Shown piece by piece: positions 1-8,863 of a stretch of DNA of 64,000 bases; within the stretch, counting starts at the first letter, position 1; each line of letters starts with the position of its first letter. The DNA is from an uncultured Candidatus Saccharibacteria bacterium. GTDB lineage: Bacteria; Patescibacteriota; Minisyncoccia; 2-02-FULL-40-12; GWA2-44-9. The stretch covers positions 31,630 through 95,629 of the forward strand of contig CAYZRE010000001.1 of assembly GCA_964479835.1 (NCBI GenBank). Direction: 5' to 3'. The position numbers and the translations under genes are program-made. The notes beneath the pieces are model-generated. The model had not been told where the DNA came from and searched no databases. It saw only the letters and a list, made by a program, of their open reading frames with translations.

Positions 1-48
1 CTCCTTCGGAGGGAGATATCCTATCCATTGAACGACAAGAGCTCGTGC

Positions 49-333
49 TTAATTGTCCTGCGAATCGACCTGCTTGATGATAGCATCCTCTAACTCGAAA
101 TCCTGGTCGTATAGGATGGTCCCATCCACATCCGTTACCCGGATGTGTTTCAGGTGCCTGCTATCTTTAATGCCATCGCGAAACTGGTATTCAACTTTCG
201 CCAGCCCTTTATCAACTCGTTCCATTGCGGCGTCCAGCGCGGCATCGAATTGATCGTGGATTGATTCCAGATTGAAGCGCTGACTCTCCACTTGGCGAGG
301 CGTCGGTTTATCTGATTGTTTTTCGTTGGTCAT
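49..333 (-). CDS. hypothetical acidic protein (~94 aa)
   Basis: The 5' part of ORF 49..381 overlaps tRNA-Leu, so the start was moved to the ATG at 333 (MTNEKQ...). No recognisable motif. Confidence 0.6.
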   Translation of the reverse strand: MTNEKQSDKPTPRQVESQRFNLESIHDQFDAALDAAMERVDKGLAKVEYQFRDGIKDSRHLKHIRVTDVDGTILYDQDFELEDAIIKQVDSQDN

Positions 334-340
334 GGTTATG

Positions 341-424
341 TGCTCGGGGTCGGAGTCGAACCGACAAGGCCTTACGGCCACAACATTTTAAGTGTTGCGT
401 GTATACCAATTCCACCACCCGAGC
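341..424 (-). tRNA. tRNA-Leu(TAA)
   Basis: GCTCGGG...CCCGAGC-A acceptor stem, anticodon loop CT-TAA-AA, long variable arm, GTTCGAC T-loop. CCA not encoded. Confidence 0.95.
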
Positions 425-434
425 ATAAATTGTG

Positions 435-506
435 AGGCGCAAGGGGGAATCGAACCCCCGAATAAGGGTTTTGCAGACCCTCGCCTTACCACTTGGCTAT
501 TGCGCC
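435..506 (-). tRNA. tRNA-Cys(GCA), canonical
   Basis: GGCGCAA/TTGCGCC-T acceptor with U73, anticodon loop CT-GCA-AA, short variable loop, GTTCGATT T-loop. Confidence 0.95.
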
Positions 507-510
507 CTCA

Positions 511-2037
511 TTATAACAGCTGTTTGACCTGCTCTTCGGTGATGAACTCCAGTGTATCACCTTCCTGAATATCGCCGCCGAAGCTTGATGTGTCAATGCG
601 CATCCCGCACTCCACGCCCTGGCCTACCTCTGTGGTGTCCACTTTTTCCTGCTGAAGACTGGAGATTTTCCCGACGCGCGTGACGGCCTCGCCGCGCACG
701 AGGTCCACGACGGCGCCCTTTCTGACAACGCCCGACACAACTCGGCCGCCTAGGATAATGGAGCGCGCATCTTTCTTGAACAAGGCCAGTACGCGCAGTT
801 TTCCGATGACCGAGCGCTGGGTCTGTGTCGGCAAAAGTGCAGCGAGATTATTGCGGATGGCTTCGATAAGTTCGTAGATGATATCGAATGATGTGACGAC
901 GATGCCGTCGCGTTCTGCGAGCTTTGCGGCGGCCGGGTCCGTTTGCACACGAAATCCTATAATGACGGCACCTTTTGCGGCGGCGGTCTTTACATCTGCT
1001 TCCGAGATATTTCCGATGCCGGAATCGAGGACGCGGATACCGACCTGCTCGTTCTTAATGGCGCCGATAGACAACTCGATGGCCTCCAGCGAGCTTGCGA
1101 CATCGGCCTTGAAGATAATATTTAGCGTGATGCGCTCGCTTCCGGATGGCTGTTCGCCGCGATAGGTGTCAAACGCCACCGGCGGGGGAGTGATGGAGTC
1201 GGCCGCCAATTCTTCTGCCGCCTTCTTTGCTTTCGCAGTGCGAAACTGTTCGCCGACGCGCGGCGACTCCTGCCATCCGGTCAGTAGTACCGGTTGTGAC
1301 GGGCGGGCCTCTTCGAGTGCGTGCCCGAGGAAATCTTCCATGCTCTTGACCTTGCCAACCACATGACCGACCACAATCCAGTCGCCGACATGCAGAATAC
1401 CAACTTGCACCAGGGCAGTCGCAACATAGCCGCGTTGCTTGTCGAGGTTTGATTCGATAATGATACCCGACGCCGGCCCGGCGGTTATTTCTTTCAGTTC
1501 CTGCAGTTCGGCGACCAGCAGTACCATCTCCAACAGCTCGGGGATACCGGCGCCGGTCTTTGCCGATATTTCCACGGCCGGAGTCTGTCCGCCCCATTCT
1601 TCCACTAATATATTCTCCTGGGCCAGGTCCTGCTTCACTTTCGCGGGACTTGATCCTTCCTTGTCGGTCTTGTTGATGGCAATAACGCAGGGCAGACCCG
1701 CTTCTTTGATGATACCGATTGCTTCTTTCGTTTGGGGCTTTACTGATTCATCGGCGGCCACGACCAGAATAGCGATGTCGGCAACTTTGGCGCCACGACT
1801 GCGGATAGCGGTGAAAGCTTCGTGCCCGGGGGTATCCAGAAAGGTGATGAGCTTGCCGTGAGCTTCTGCCTGGTATGCGCCGATGTGCTGGGTGATGCCG
1901 CCCGACTCACCCGCAACAATATTCGTCTTCCGAATAACATCCAAAAGCTTCGTTTTTCCGTGGTCGACATGCCCCAATACCACCACAACGGGCGGGCGTA
2001 CTGCAGAGGGCTTGTTGTCGGGGGCAATGGACGTCAT
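511..2037 (-). CDS. infB: translation initiation factor IF-2 (short form without N-terminal domain)
   Basis: RPPVV..GHVDHGKT, GGITQHIGAY, DTPGHEAF and NKxD GTPase motifs. Confidence 0.97.
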   Translation of the reverse strand: MTSIAPDNKPSAVRPPVVVVLGHVDHGKTKLLDVIRKTNIVAGESGGITQHIGAYQAEAHGKLITFLDTPGHEAFTAIRSRGAKVADIAILVVAADESVKPQTKEAIGIIKEAGLPCVIAINKTDKEGSSPAKVKQDLAQENILVEEWGGQTPAVEISAKTGAGIPELLEMVLLVAELQELKEITAGPASGIIIESNLDKQRGYVATALVQVGILHVGDWIVVGHVVGKVKSMEDFLGHALEEARPSQPVLLTGWQESPRVGEQFRTAKAKKAAEELAADSITPPPVAFDTYRGEQPSGSERITLNIIFKADVASSLEAIELSIGAIKNEQVGIRVLDSGIGNISEADVKTAAAKGAVIIGFRVQTDPAAAKLAERDGIVVTSFDIIYELIEAIRNNLAALLPTQTQRSVIGKLRVLALFKKDARSIILGGRVVSGVVRKGAVVDLVRGEAVTRVGKISSLQQEKVDTTEVGQGVECGMRIDTSSFGGDIQEGDTLEFITEEQVKQLL

Positions 2038-2074
2038 ATGACGCTATAATCTAACATATTATGGGCATTTTGGC

Positions 2075-2104
2075 AAAAAACAAACGGGCCCCGAAGGGCC
2101 CGTT
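2075..2104 (-). terminator. intrinsic terminator
   Basis: AACGGGCCC-cgaa-GGGCCCGTT hairpin with a T-run on the minus strand, after the 2125..2550 gene. Confidence 0.75.
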
Positions 2105-2124
2105 GCGTATACTAGCCTCGGAAG

Positions 2125-2550
2125 TTAATGGTAGTGTGACCTGATCTGGAACAGCAGATACAAATAAATGCCGGTTCCGATAACAAGTCCAAACAGGTCC
2201 ATGCGCAGGATGGAGTAGACTGCTCCGACAAGCGCGTTGTAGTACACGAAGCGCCATCCGACCGTAAGCCGCGCGAAGAGACCGCGAATCGATAACCCGA
2301 GCAGAACGACATTCAAGATAGAGAACACAAGAGCCAATGTGCCGCCGTATGCGCCCCATCCGCCGCCCGCTCTCAAAATCGGCCCCGCAAGTGCACCCAG
2401 ACCCAGAAGGGCCAGGATTGCCGGAAGCGACAATACAACGCCGATCACCGCAAGATACGGAGCTATCTTTACGATACTTGCCTGAACACTGGCTGGCAGA
2501 TTCGGAAGCTTTCCGAACAGGCCCGAGAGAAACTTGTCTAATTCCTTCAT
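2125..2550 (-). CDS. small multi-pass membrane protein
   Basis: 141 aa with about 4 hydrophobic segments. Confidence 0.85.
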   Translation of the reverse strand: MKELDKFLSGLFGKLPNLPASVQASIVKIAPYLAVIGVVLSLPAILALLGLGALAGPILRAGGGWGAYGGTLALVFSILNVVLLGLSIRGLFARLTVGWRFVYYNALVGAVYSILRMDLFGLVIGTGIYLYLLFQIRSHYH

Positions 2551-2651
2551 AGGTATGATGAGATTAATACGTTACCGTCATTGTACCACGCAATCCCAGG
2601 GGATACCACAAGGCCCATGGGGTTGATATCTGCGGAGAGGGTGGGCTAGCA

Positions 2652-3077
2652 CTAATGTCGAACCTGGTTCTTATGTATGATTCCGACCGCTTTGCTCAGT
2701 CGTTTGTATCGGGCTTTGAGCTCGTCGAAGCGTTCGGGAGAGATGTTGGTTTCCTCCTCCAGAGCATTCATGAGGGTGACGATAGGGATGAGTGCTTTCT
2801 TTGCGGATTCCCGTAACGGCTCGTTTGCCATGTCTTCCGGACGAAGGTCAATGATGGCATTGAGCTCGTCTAGGGAATGCCGTGCCTCAAAGTCCTCCAG
2901 CATGACTTGGAATTCTGCAACTTCTTTTTCGCAGTCTCTGCGCTCTGTTTCAACCTGCTCATACCGTGAAAGGTTCTCTTCAGCCATCAAGCGCTCTTCC
3001 GCGGTGAGACCATCTTCGCCTCGTTCGGGGGATTCAGGGGATACCCCGCCCATTCCTTCGAATTTATTCATGGACAC
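2652..3077 (-). CDS. hypothetical acidic helical protein
   Basis: 141 aa, E/K-rich, directly downstream of a tRNA-Ser. Confidence 0.75.
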   Translation of the reverse strand: MSMNKFEGMGGVSPESPERGEDGLTAEERLMAEENLSRYEQVETERRDCEKEVAEFQVMLEDFEARHSLDELNAIIDLRPEDMANEPLRESAKKALIPIVTLMNALEEETNISPERFDELKARYKRLSKAVGIIHKNQVRH

Positions 3078-3104
3078 ATAATAACATATCTACCTTCAAT
3101 ACGG

Positions 3105-3191
3105 CGGAGAGGGTGAGATTCGAACTCACGGGGCTCTTGCGAGCCCGGCGGTTTAGTAAACCGCTGCTTTAGACCGCTCAGCCACCTCTCC
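3105..3191 (-). tRNA. tRNA-Ser(ACT), rare A34 anticodon
   Basis: GGAGAGG/CCTCTCC-G acceptor, anticodon arm GCGGT-TTACTAA-ACCGC, long variable arm GGGCTC-GCAA-GAGCCC, GTTCGAAT T-loop. Confidence 0.9.
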
Positions 3192-3202
3192 AGGGAATTG
3201 TA

Positions 3203-3370
3203 ACGGAAGGATTCATCCTCCGGGTAAACGGCTCACAGTCTGAGCCGTTTACCTCCGGGCTCCGGCCCTCGTGGTATCGGCTACTGCCGATACATCACTC
3301 CGGGCTTCGAATCCTTCCGCGTATTCTACATGATACACAGACAGGTGCCACATGGCACCTGTCTGTGTAT
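3203..3370. repeat. structured palindromic element between two tRNA-Ser genes
   Basis: Inverted copies of the tRNA-Ser(GCT) 3' segment at 3204-3214 and 3306-3319, two internal hairpins, three CTCCGGG copies, and an 18-bp perfect stem at 3333-3370. Confidence 0.7.
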
Positions 3371-3373
3371 ATG

Positions 3374-3462
3374 CGGAGACGGAAGGATTCGAACCTTCGG
3401 TTCGGTTTGACCCGAACACCTCTTTAGCAAAGAGGCTCATTAGACCACTCTGACACGTCTCC
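3374..3462 (-). tRNA. tRNA-Ser(GCT)
   Basis: GGAGACG/CGTCTCC-G acceptor, arm CCTCT-TTGCTAA-AGAGG, long variable arm. Confidence 0.95.
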
Positions 3463-3520
3463 AAAAAAGCCTTGCCATTCTACCATTTTTCAGTACTATA
3501 TTCAACAGCGGAGGTGGCCA

Positions 3521-3772
3521 GTGAACTTCTTGCAGGCGCACTACAATCAGTACCGTCAGGCTGGTGGCGATCACACTTCATATGTCATCGTCAACGACCT
3601 CGACGATGCGATGGCCGACACGCTTCAGCAGGCATACGACAAAGAGTTCCCTACCCCCGTATCCGAACAGAAGCAGCGCGAGTTCAAGGAGGGCTTGGAG
3701 GGGCAGACGCAGGAATCGGCGGCCCGCGACGACCTAGAGTGGCTGACAGGAACGGGCCGCTACGGACAGTAG
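3521..3772 (+). CDS. small hypothetical protein
   Basis: 83 aa, GGAGGT Shine-Dalgarno (SD) before GTG, followed by a GGGAGCGC/GCGCTCCC-TTTTT hairpin. Confidence 0.7.
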   Translation: MNFLQAHYNQYRQAGGDHTSYVIVNDLDDAMADTLQQAYDKEFPTPVSEQKQREFKEGLEGQTQESAARDDLEWLTGTGRYGQ

Positions 3773-3811
3773 AGAGGGCACCTCGGGAGCGCATGAGCGC
3801 TCCCTTTTTCT

Positions 3812-4525
3812 TTACCCGCGTGCCACAACAACCGCCGACACCGAAGCCGCGCCGGATTCTTTGAGGGCGCGGGCGCAGTCTTCCAGCGTTGCGCCGGTGG
3901 TGCACACATCGTCGACGAGTACGATGTCGCGGTCGGCGACCATTTCAGGGCGCTGGACGGCGAACGCGCCACGCATGTTATCTAACCGCTCAATGCGCGA
4001 GTGCGTTCGTACCTGACTGCCGGTGTGGCGGATGCGAATCAACGCTGATTCCTCCAGTGGCATCGCTGCCGCAATTGCCAGCCGACGGGCCAACAGTGCG
4101 GCCTGATTGTAATCGCGCTCGCGTAAACGGGTCGGGTGCAAGGGCACCGGCATAATAAGGGGATTGGCGCCGAACATGATTCGGGTACTTGGCCGCAGAC
4201 CGACGACTGTGGCCGTCCAATCGCCCAACGGGATGGCGAGTTGTTGCATGGCGCGGTACTTAAGTGCGTAGACAGCGGTTTCAGCGATGTCTCCCATCGT
4301 GGTGGCCGCAATAAATCGGTCAAGATAGGTATGACCCCGACAGCTTGAGCAGGGAATACCGAGAGTATTAGGACGCCGACACACCAGACAACGCTGCGCC
4401 GACAGCGGTTTGAGTTTCCCGAGACACCCGGCGCACAAGTCGACGCCAAGTATGTCGCATCCGATGCAACGAGCAGGCCAGAGAAGTTCAGCGAACCAAT
4501 GCAGTATTTGGTGTGAGTAATCCAC
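3812..4525 (-). CDS. comF: ComF family competence protein (double zinc ribbon + PRTase)
   Basis: N-terminal CxxC pairs, PVPLH..R..ER.YNQ and LVDDVCTTGAT motifs. Confidence 0.95.
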   Translation of the reverse strand: MDYSHQILHWFAELLWPARCIGCDILGVDLCAGCLGKLKPLSAQRCLVCRRPNTLGIPCSSCRGHTYLDRFIAATTMGDIAETAVYALKYRAMQQLAIPLGDWTATVVGLRPSTRIMFGANPLIMPVPLHPTRLRERDYNQAALLARRLAIAAAMPLEESALIRIRHTGSQVRTHSRIERLDNMRGAFAVQRPEMVADRDIVLVDDVCTTGATLEDCARALKESGAASVSAVVVARG

Positions 4526-4569
4526 AAGTGGGTCGGTGAATCGGTACGCGTGGTATAATCTAATTACGC

Positions 4570-5664
4570 ATGGTATTCAACCTCTTCAAGTCAAAGAGCA
4601 AGCTTGGTATCGATATCGGAACCTCATCGATTAAGGTTGTTGAGTTGTCGCTCGAAGGTGGTCGCTGGAAACTGGAGAACTACGGCACCTACGAACTTCA
4701 CGGTATAGAAGGGATGGCTGACACCGCAAAGACGGTGATGGACTTATCTGATGCAGAGATTGCCCAAGCAATCAAGAATATTCTGCAGTCGTCCGGCATG
4801 AAGAGCCGCGACGGAGTTGCGGCTATCTCATCATTTTCCACATTCGCCACAGTTATCGAGATGCCGTACATCAGCGAGGAGGATTTAGCAAAGACGATTC
4901 CGTTTGAAGCGCGAAAATATATTCCGGTTCCGCTGGATCAGGTGGTGCTGGACTGGTCCATCATCGGCGTTGTCGGTGCAAAAGGAGAATCTGTTCCGTT
5001 ACCGGCGGTTCCCACCGCACCGGGCACGAGCGTCACGGTTGAAGTATTTCTGGCGGCGGTACCCAAAGACGAAACAGCCCGTTACCAGCGCATCATGAAA
5101 GCCGCGGGCGTTAATCTGCTCGCTCTGGAGTTAGAAAACTCAAGTCTTGTGCGCGCGCTATTGGGCAACGATCTCTCTTCTACTGCCATCTTGAATGTCG
5201 GTGGGCGCAGCTCATCAATTTTGGTAGTCAGCAAGGGCTACGAGCGAGTGAGTCATAACTATGAAATCGGAGGATATGAGATGACTAAAGCTATCGCTGC
5301 TGCACTGGGTATCGGTCCTGACCAGGCGGAAGGTCTCAAGCGCAAATACGGATTAATCGACAGTCCGGAGAACCGGGCCCGTGCGGCAATGATGCCGCCG
5401 GTGGACATGATGGTGTTTGAAACGAAGAAAACGATTGAGTCATTTGAGCAATCATGGGGTGCGAACATCAGCCGTCTTGTGCTCGTCGGGGGATTGGCCA
5501 ACATGCCGGGGCTTTCGCAATATGTGAAACAGCGCATTCCGCGGGATGTGCTTATCGGCAATGTGTTTGCTCGTCTGATATACCCTCCCGAATTAACGCC
5601 ATTACTGCAGACGCTTAGTAATACGCTTTCAATTGCCGTGGGTTGTGCAATGCGTGAAACATGA
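4570..5664 (+). CDS. pilM: type IV pilus assembly protein PilM
   Basis: LGIDIGTSSIKVVEL, EARKYIP and LVGGLA motifs of the actin-like fold. Confidence 0.95.
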   Translation: MVFNLFKSKSKLGIDIGTSSIKVVELSLEGGRWKLENYGTYELHGIEGMADTAKTVMDLSDAEIAQAIKNILQSSGMKSRDGVAAISSFSTFATVIEMPYISEEDLAKTIPFEARKYIPVPLDQVVLDWSIIGVVGAKGESVPLPAVPTAPGTSVTVEVFLAAVPKDETARYQRIMKAAGVNLLALELENSSLVRALLGNDLSSTAILNVGGRSSSILVVSKGYERVSHNYEIGGYEMTKAIAAALGIGPDQAEGLKRKYGLIDSPENRARAAMMPPVDMMVFETKKTIESFEQSWGANISRLVLVGGLANMPGLSQYVKQRIPRDVLIGNVFARLIYPPELTPLLQTLSNTLSIAVGCAMRET

Positions 5665-5691
5665 TTCATGATATAATTAAGTAGATTTCCG

Positions 5692-6264
5692 ATGCCATAT
5701 AAAGGAGGGGTACAACTGTTGCCCGAGACCGAGCGTCGACCAACGCTGTCATCCTATACGAGCGGTAACGCTTATTTCTATGCGGCCGTAGTCGTGGGCG
5801 TGGTTATCCTTGTGATAGGCGCTATCTTGGCAGGTTACAAAGCAAATCTGGAAGACCAGATTAGTGTGCTCGATGGTAAAATGAGTGTCGGCGAGAGTTC
5901 GCGCGACAAACAAAAGGAGCAGGAACTCATAGATGCGTCCAAGCAGTCCCGCATTATTAAAGATTTGCTGACCAATAAACTGTACTGGTCGCAGGCACTA
6001 GAGCGCATGCAACAGATGATGCAAGCGGCGGTGACACTCACGGAGATGAATGCAACGGTTACCAAAGGAACCATCTCATTTCGGGCGACGACTGACAGTT
6101 ATGCATCGGTCGCACGCCAACTGGCGACATTCATAGCCGCGACCGGCGTGAATGATATCTCCGTTAATAATATCAAGACCACATCGGAGGGGACGGTCGA
6201 GTTCGACGGGGAGCTGTTTATCGATACCAAATCAATGCTGACGAAACAACAACCAAAAAAATAG
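5692..6264 (+). CDS. PilN-like protein
   Basis: VQLLP N-terminal motif, single TM, coiled coil; follows pilM. Confidence 0.75.
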   Translation: MPYKGGVQLLPETERRPTLSSYTSGNAYFYAAVVVGVVILVIGAILAGYKANLEDQISVLDGKMSVGESSRDKQKEQELIDASKQSRIIKDLLTNKLYWSQALERMQQMMQAAVTLTEMNATVTKGTISFRATTDSYASVARQLATFIAATGVNDISVNNIKTTSEGTVEFDGELFIDTKSMLTKQQPKK

Positions 6265-6265
6265 C

Positions 6266-6793
6266 ATGAATCCAAAGAACATATTTGGTGCATTCACGCT
6301 CGCCATCGCACTGTTCTTTTTCTGGCCGGCCGTATACGGATCATGGCAAGAGATGCTCGCACTCCGGTCGGGTGTGAGCGAACGGCAGCAGTTATTGGAT
6401 GCTCGTACTGCCATTTTAACGAATGCGGACCGGGAGTACACGAAATATCAAACCGCAATCAGTGGCGATGCAGGCCGGAATTTTATCCAGCTGGTACCCG
6501 TCAAGAAAAACACTGCAGAACTGATATCTGCGATGGAGGATATCGCCCGGAGTTCCGGTGTGCAACTCTCGCAGGTGCAGATAACGGAGACCAAGGGAAA
6601 AGAAAACGAACAGTACAAAACACTTTCGCTGTCACTTGGGATGAGCGGTTCATATCCCTCACTCCGCAGTTTTCTTAGTAGTCTTGAACAGTATGTGCGC
6701 ATCCTCAATGTGGGGAGCATCCAGGTCTCGGCTGATAAAACAACCGGACAGCTCGAGTATACGGTCAAGGCGGACGCCTATTTTATCAAATAA
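6266..6793 (+). CDS. pilO: PilO-like protein
   Basis: TM plus GSYPSLRSFLSSLEQYVRI motif; operon position. Confidence 0.85.
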   Translation: MNPKNIFGAFTLAIALFFFWPAVYGSWQEMLALRSGVSERQQLLDARTAILTNADREYTKYQTAISGDAGRNFIQLVPVKKNTAELISAMEDIARSSGVQLSQVQITETKGKENEQYKTLSLSLGMSGSYPSLRSFLSSLEQYVRILNVGSIQVSADKTTGQLEYTVKADAYFIK

Positions 6794-6795
6794 CT

Positions 6796-7062
6796 ATGCC
6801 ACCAACGAAACAAGGATCAGTGCTTCTCTATGTCATCATGGCGTTTGGTTTTATTATGGGCTATGTCTACAATATGCAGGCCGATCCGGTGGCCGCCGTA
6901 CCCGTTCTGGATAACCGTTTTCAGCTGACATCGTTGAAGAACTTGGAAGGCGCGCGCATCGATGAGTCCGTGTTTTCCAGTGAGCAGTACCAAGCGTTGC
7001 GGATTTTCGGCTCGTTGCCGGTCCAAGCGGGTGGCGGCGGAAAAGATAATCCGTTCCAATAA
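6796..7062 (+). CDS. small pilus-associated membrane protein (PilP position)
   Basis: N-terminal TM, C-terminal GKDNPF. Confidence 0.7.
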   Translation: MPPTKQGSVLLYVIMAFGFIMGYVYNMQADPVAAVPVLDNRFQLTSLKNLEGARIDESVFSSEQYQALRIFGSLPVQAGGGGKDNPFQ

Positions 7063-7074
7063 TCACCGTATCCG

Positions 7075-8856
7075 ATGTCGGGTAAAGCCCCTCTGACACT
7101 CATCAATGAATTGGTGCGCATCAACCGCCTGTCGAAGGCGGACGCTGATGGATTGGTCGCAAATGCTCTTAAGGAAGACAAGGATGTAGGCGCGGCGCTT
7201 ATTGAATCGGGCGTGATGTCCGACGGTGAGCTTGCGAAATTCAAGAGCGACCTGTACCGCATCCCGCAGGTGGATTTGGAGAAGACGGAGCCTGACCCGA
7301 ACGCGTTCCAAGAAATCAGCGAGGATGTTGCCGGATTTTATCGTGTGGTTCCATTTGCGGTGGGCGACGGTGTCTTAAAGGTAGGCATCATCGACCCCGA
7401 AGATATCAATGCGCTGGAAGCGCTCAAATTCATCTCATCCGACAAGAAGTTGAAGCTTGAGAAGTTCGTTATTACCTATAAAGACTTCGGCACAACGCTC
7501 AAGAAGTTCAAATCACTCACCGGAGAAGTCGGAAAGGCGTTACAGTCCATCGCCGAGGAGGCCGGTAAAGAGGGAAGTGTTGTGGAAGAGGAGCTGTCGC
7601 TTGACCAAATCACCGCCGAGAGTCCCGTTACCAAGGTGGTCTCGGCGATGCTCAGCTACGGTATTGAGAGCAGAGCATCGGACATCCACATTGAACCGTT
7701 CGATGACCACACACGGGTGCGTTTCCGTATCGACGGTGTCCTGCAGACCGTATTGAATCTTCCCAAGAATCTACACATGGCGGTGGTGACGCGCATCAAG
7801 ATTTTATCCACCCTGAAAATTGATGAGACGCGCGTGCCGCAGGATGGACGATTCAGTATCTTCCAGACAAAGATGAAATTCGATTTCCGCGTCAGCACCT
7901 TTCCCACCAAAGCGGGGGAAAAGGTGGTGATGCGTATCCTTGACCCACTTTCCAGCCGTATCGATCTGGCGACGCTGGGTGTCACCGGCCGCAGCAACGA
8001 ACTCCTGCAGGAAGCCATCATTCGTCCGTTCGGCATGATTCTTATTACGGGACCGACCGGGTCGGGAAAATCAACCACCATTGCCGGCATTCTAAAACAA
8101 ATGAATACGGAAGAGGTAAATATCGTCACTCTCGAAGACCCGATTGAATATTTTATTGATGGGGTCAACCAATCCCAGACGCACGAGGAAATTGGCTACA
8201 CATTCGCCAATGGATTGCGTTCTATTTTGCGCCAAGACCCCGATGTCGTCATGGTTGGTGAAATCCGTGACCGTGAGACCGCAGGTCTTGCGGTGCAGGC
8301 GGCGTTGACCGGCCATATCGTACTCTCGACTCTGCACACCAACGATGCTCTGGGCGTCATCCCACGCCTCGTGGACATGGGCGTGGAAAAATATCTTCTG
8401 CCACCGGTGCTTAATCTCGCGGTGGCGCAACGGTTGTTGCGGCGGCTGTGTGCGACCTGTAAAATAAAAGATACGGCCAACACGGCCGAGGCGCAGATTA
8501 TCAACGACGCACTGACGATGATGCCCGCAAAAATTGCAGCTCCCTACCTCAAGCCACAACATGAAATCTACCGTCCAAATACCAAGAACCCCTGTAAGGA
8601 ATGCGGCGGGAAGGCGTTCAAGGGACGCATCGCTATCTTTGAGATGATTAAGATGACCGACGAACTGGAGAAGATTATTCTGGGTAACCTCTCCGAGTCC
8701 TCTTTGCGTGAAGAGGCGCAGCGACAAGGAATGGCGACGATGTTCCAGGACGGTATTACCAAAGTGCTTGACGGCATCTCTTCCCTTGAGGAGCTCCTCG
8801 AAGTGGCGCAGAGTGCTAGGGAAGAGGAGGAGAAGCCATTAGCTATGAGCCAATAG
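7075..8856 (+). CDS. pilB: type IV pilus assembly ATPase PilB/GspE
   Basis: ASDIHIEP, GPTGSGKS, LRQDPD, GEIRD and tetracysteine motifs. Confidence 0.96.
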   Translation: MSGKAPLTLINELVRINRLSKADADGLVANALKEDKDVGAALIESGVMSDGELAKFKSDLYRIPQVDLEKTEPDPNAFQEISEDVAGFYRVVPFAVGDGVLKVGIIDPEDINALEALKFISSDKKLKLEKFVITYKDFGTTLKKFKSLTGEVGKALQSIAEEAGKEGSVVEEELSLDQITAESPVTKVVSAMLSYGIESRASDIHIEPFDDHTRVRFRIDGVLQTVLNLPKNLHMAVVTRIKILSTLKIDETRVPQDGRFSIFQTKMKFDFRVSTFPTKAGEKVVMRILDPLSSRIDLATLGVTGRSNELLQEAIIRPFGMILITGPTGSGKSTTIAGILKQMNTEEVNIVTLEDPIEYFIDGVNQSQTHEEIGYTFANGLRSILRQDPDVVMVGEIRDRETAGLAVQAALTGHIVLSTLHTNDALGVIPRLVDMGVEKYLLPPVLNLAVAQRLLRRLCATCKIKDTANTAEAQIINDALTMMPAKIAAPYLKPQHEIYRPNTKNPCKECGGKAFKGRIAIFEMIKMTDELEKIILGNLSESSLREEAQRQGMATMFQDGITKVLDGISSLEELLEVAQSAREEEEKPLAMSQ

Positions 8857-8863
8857 TACCGAC

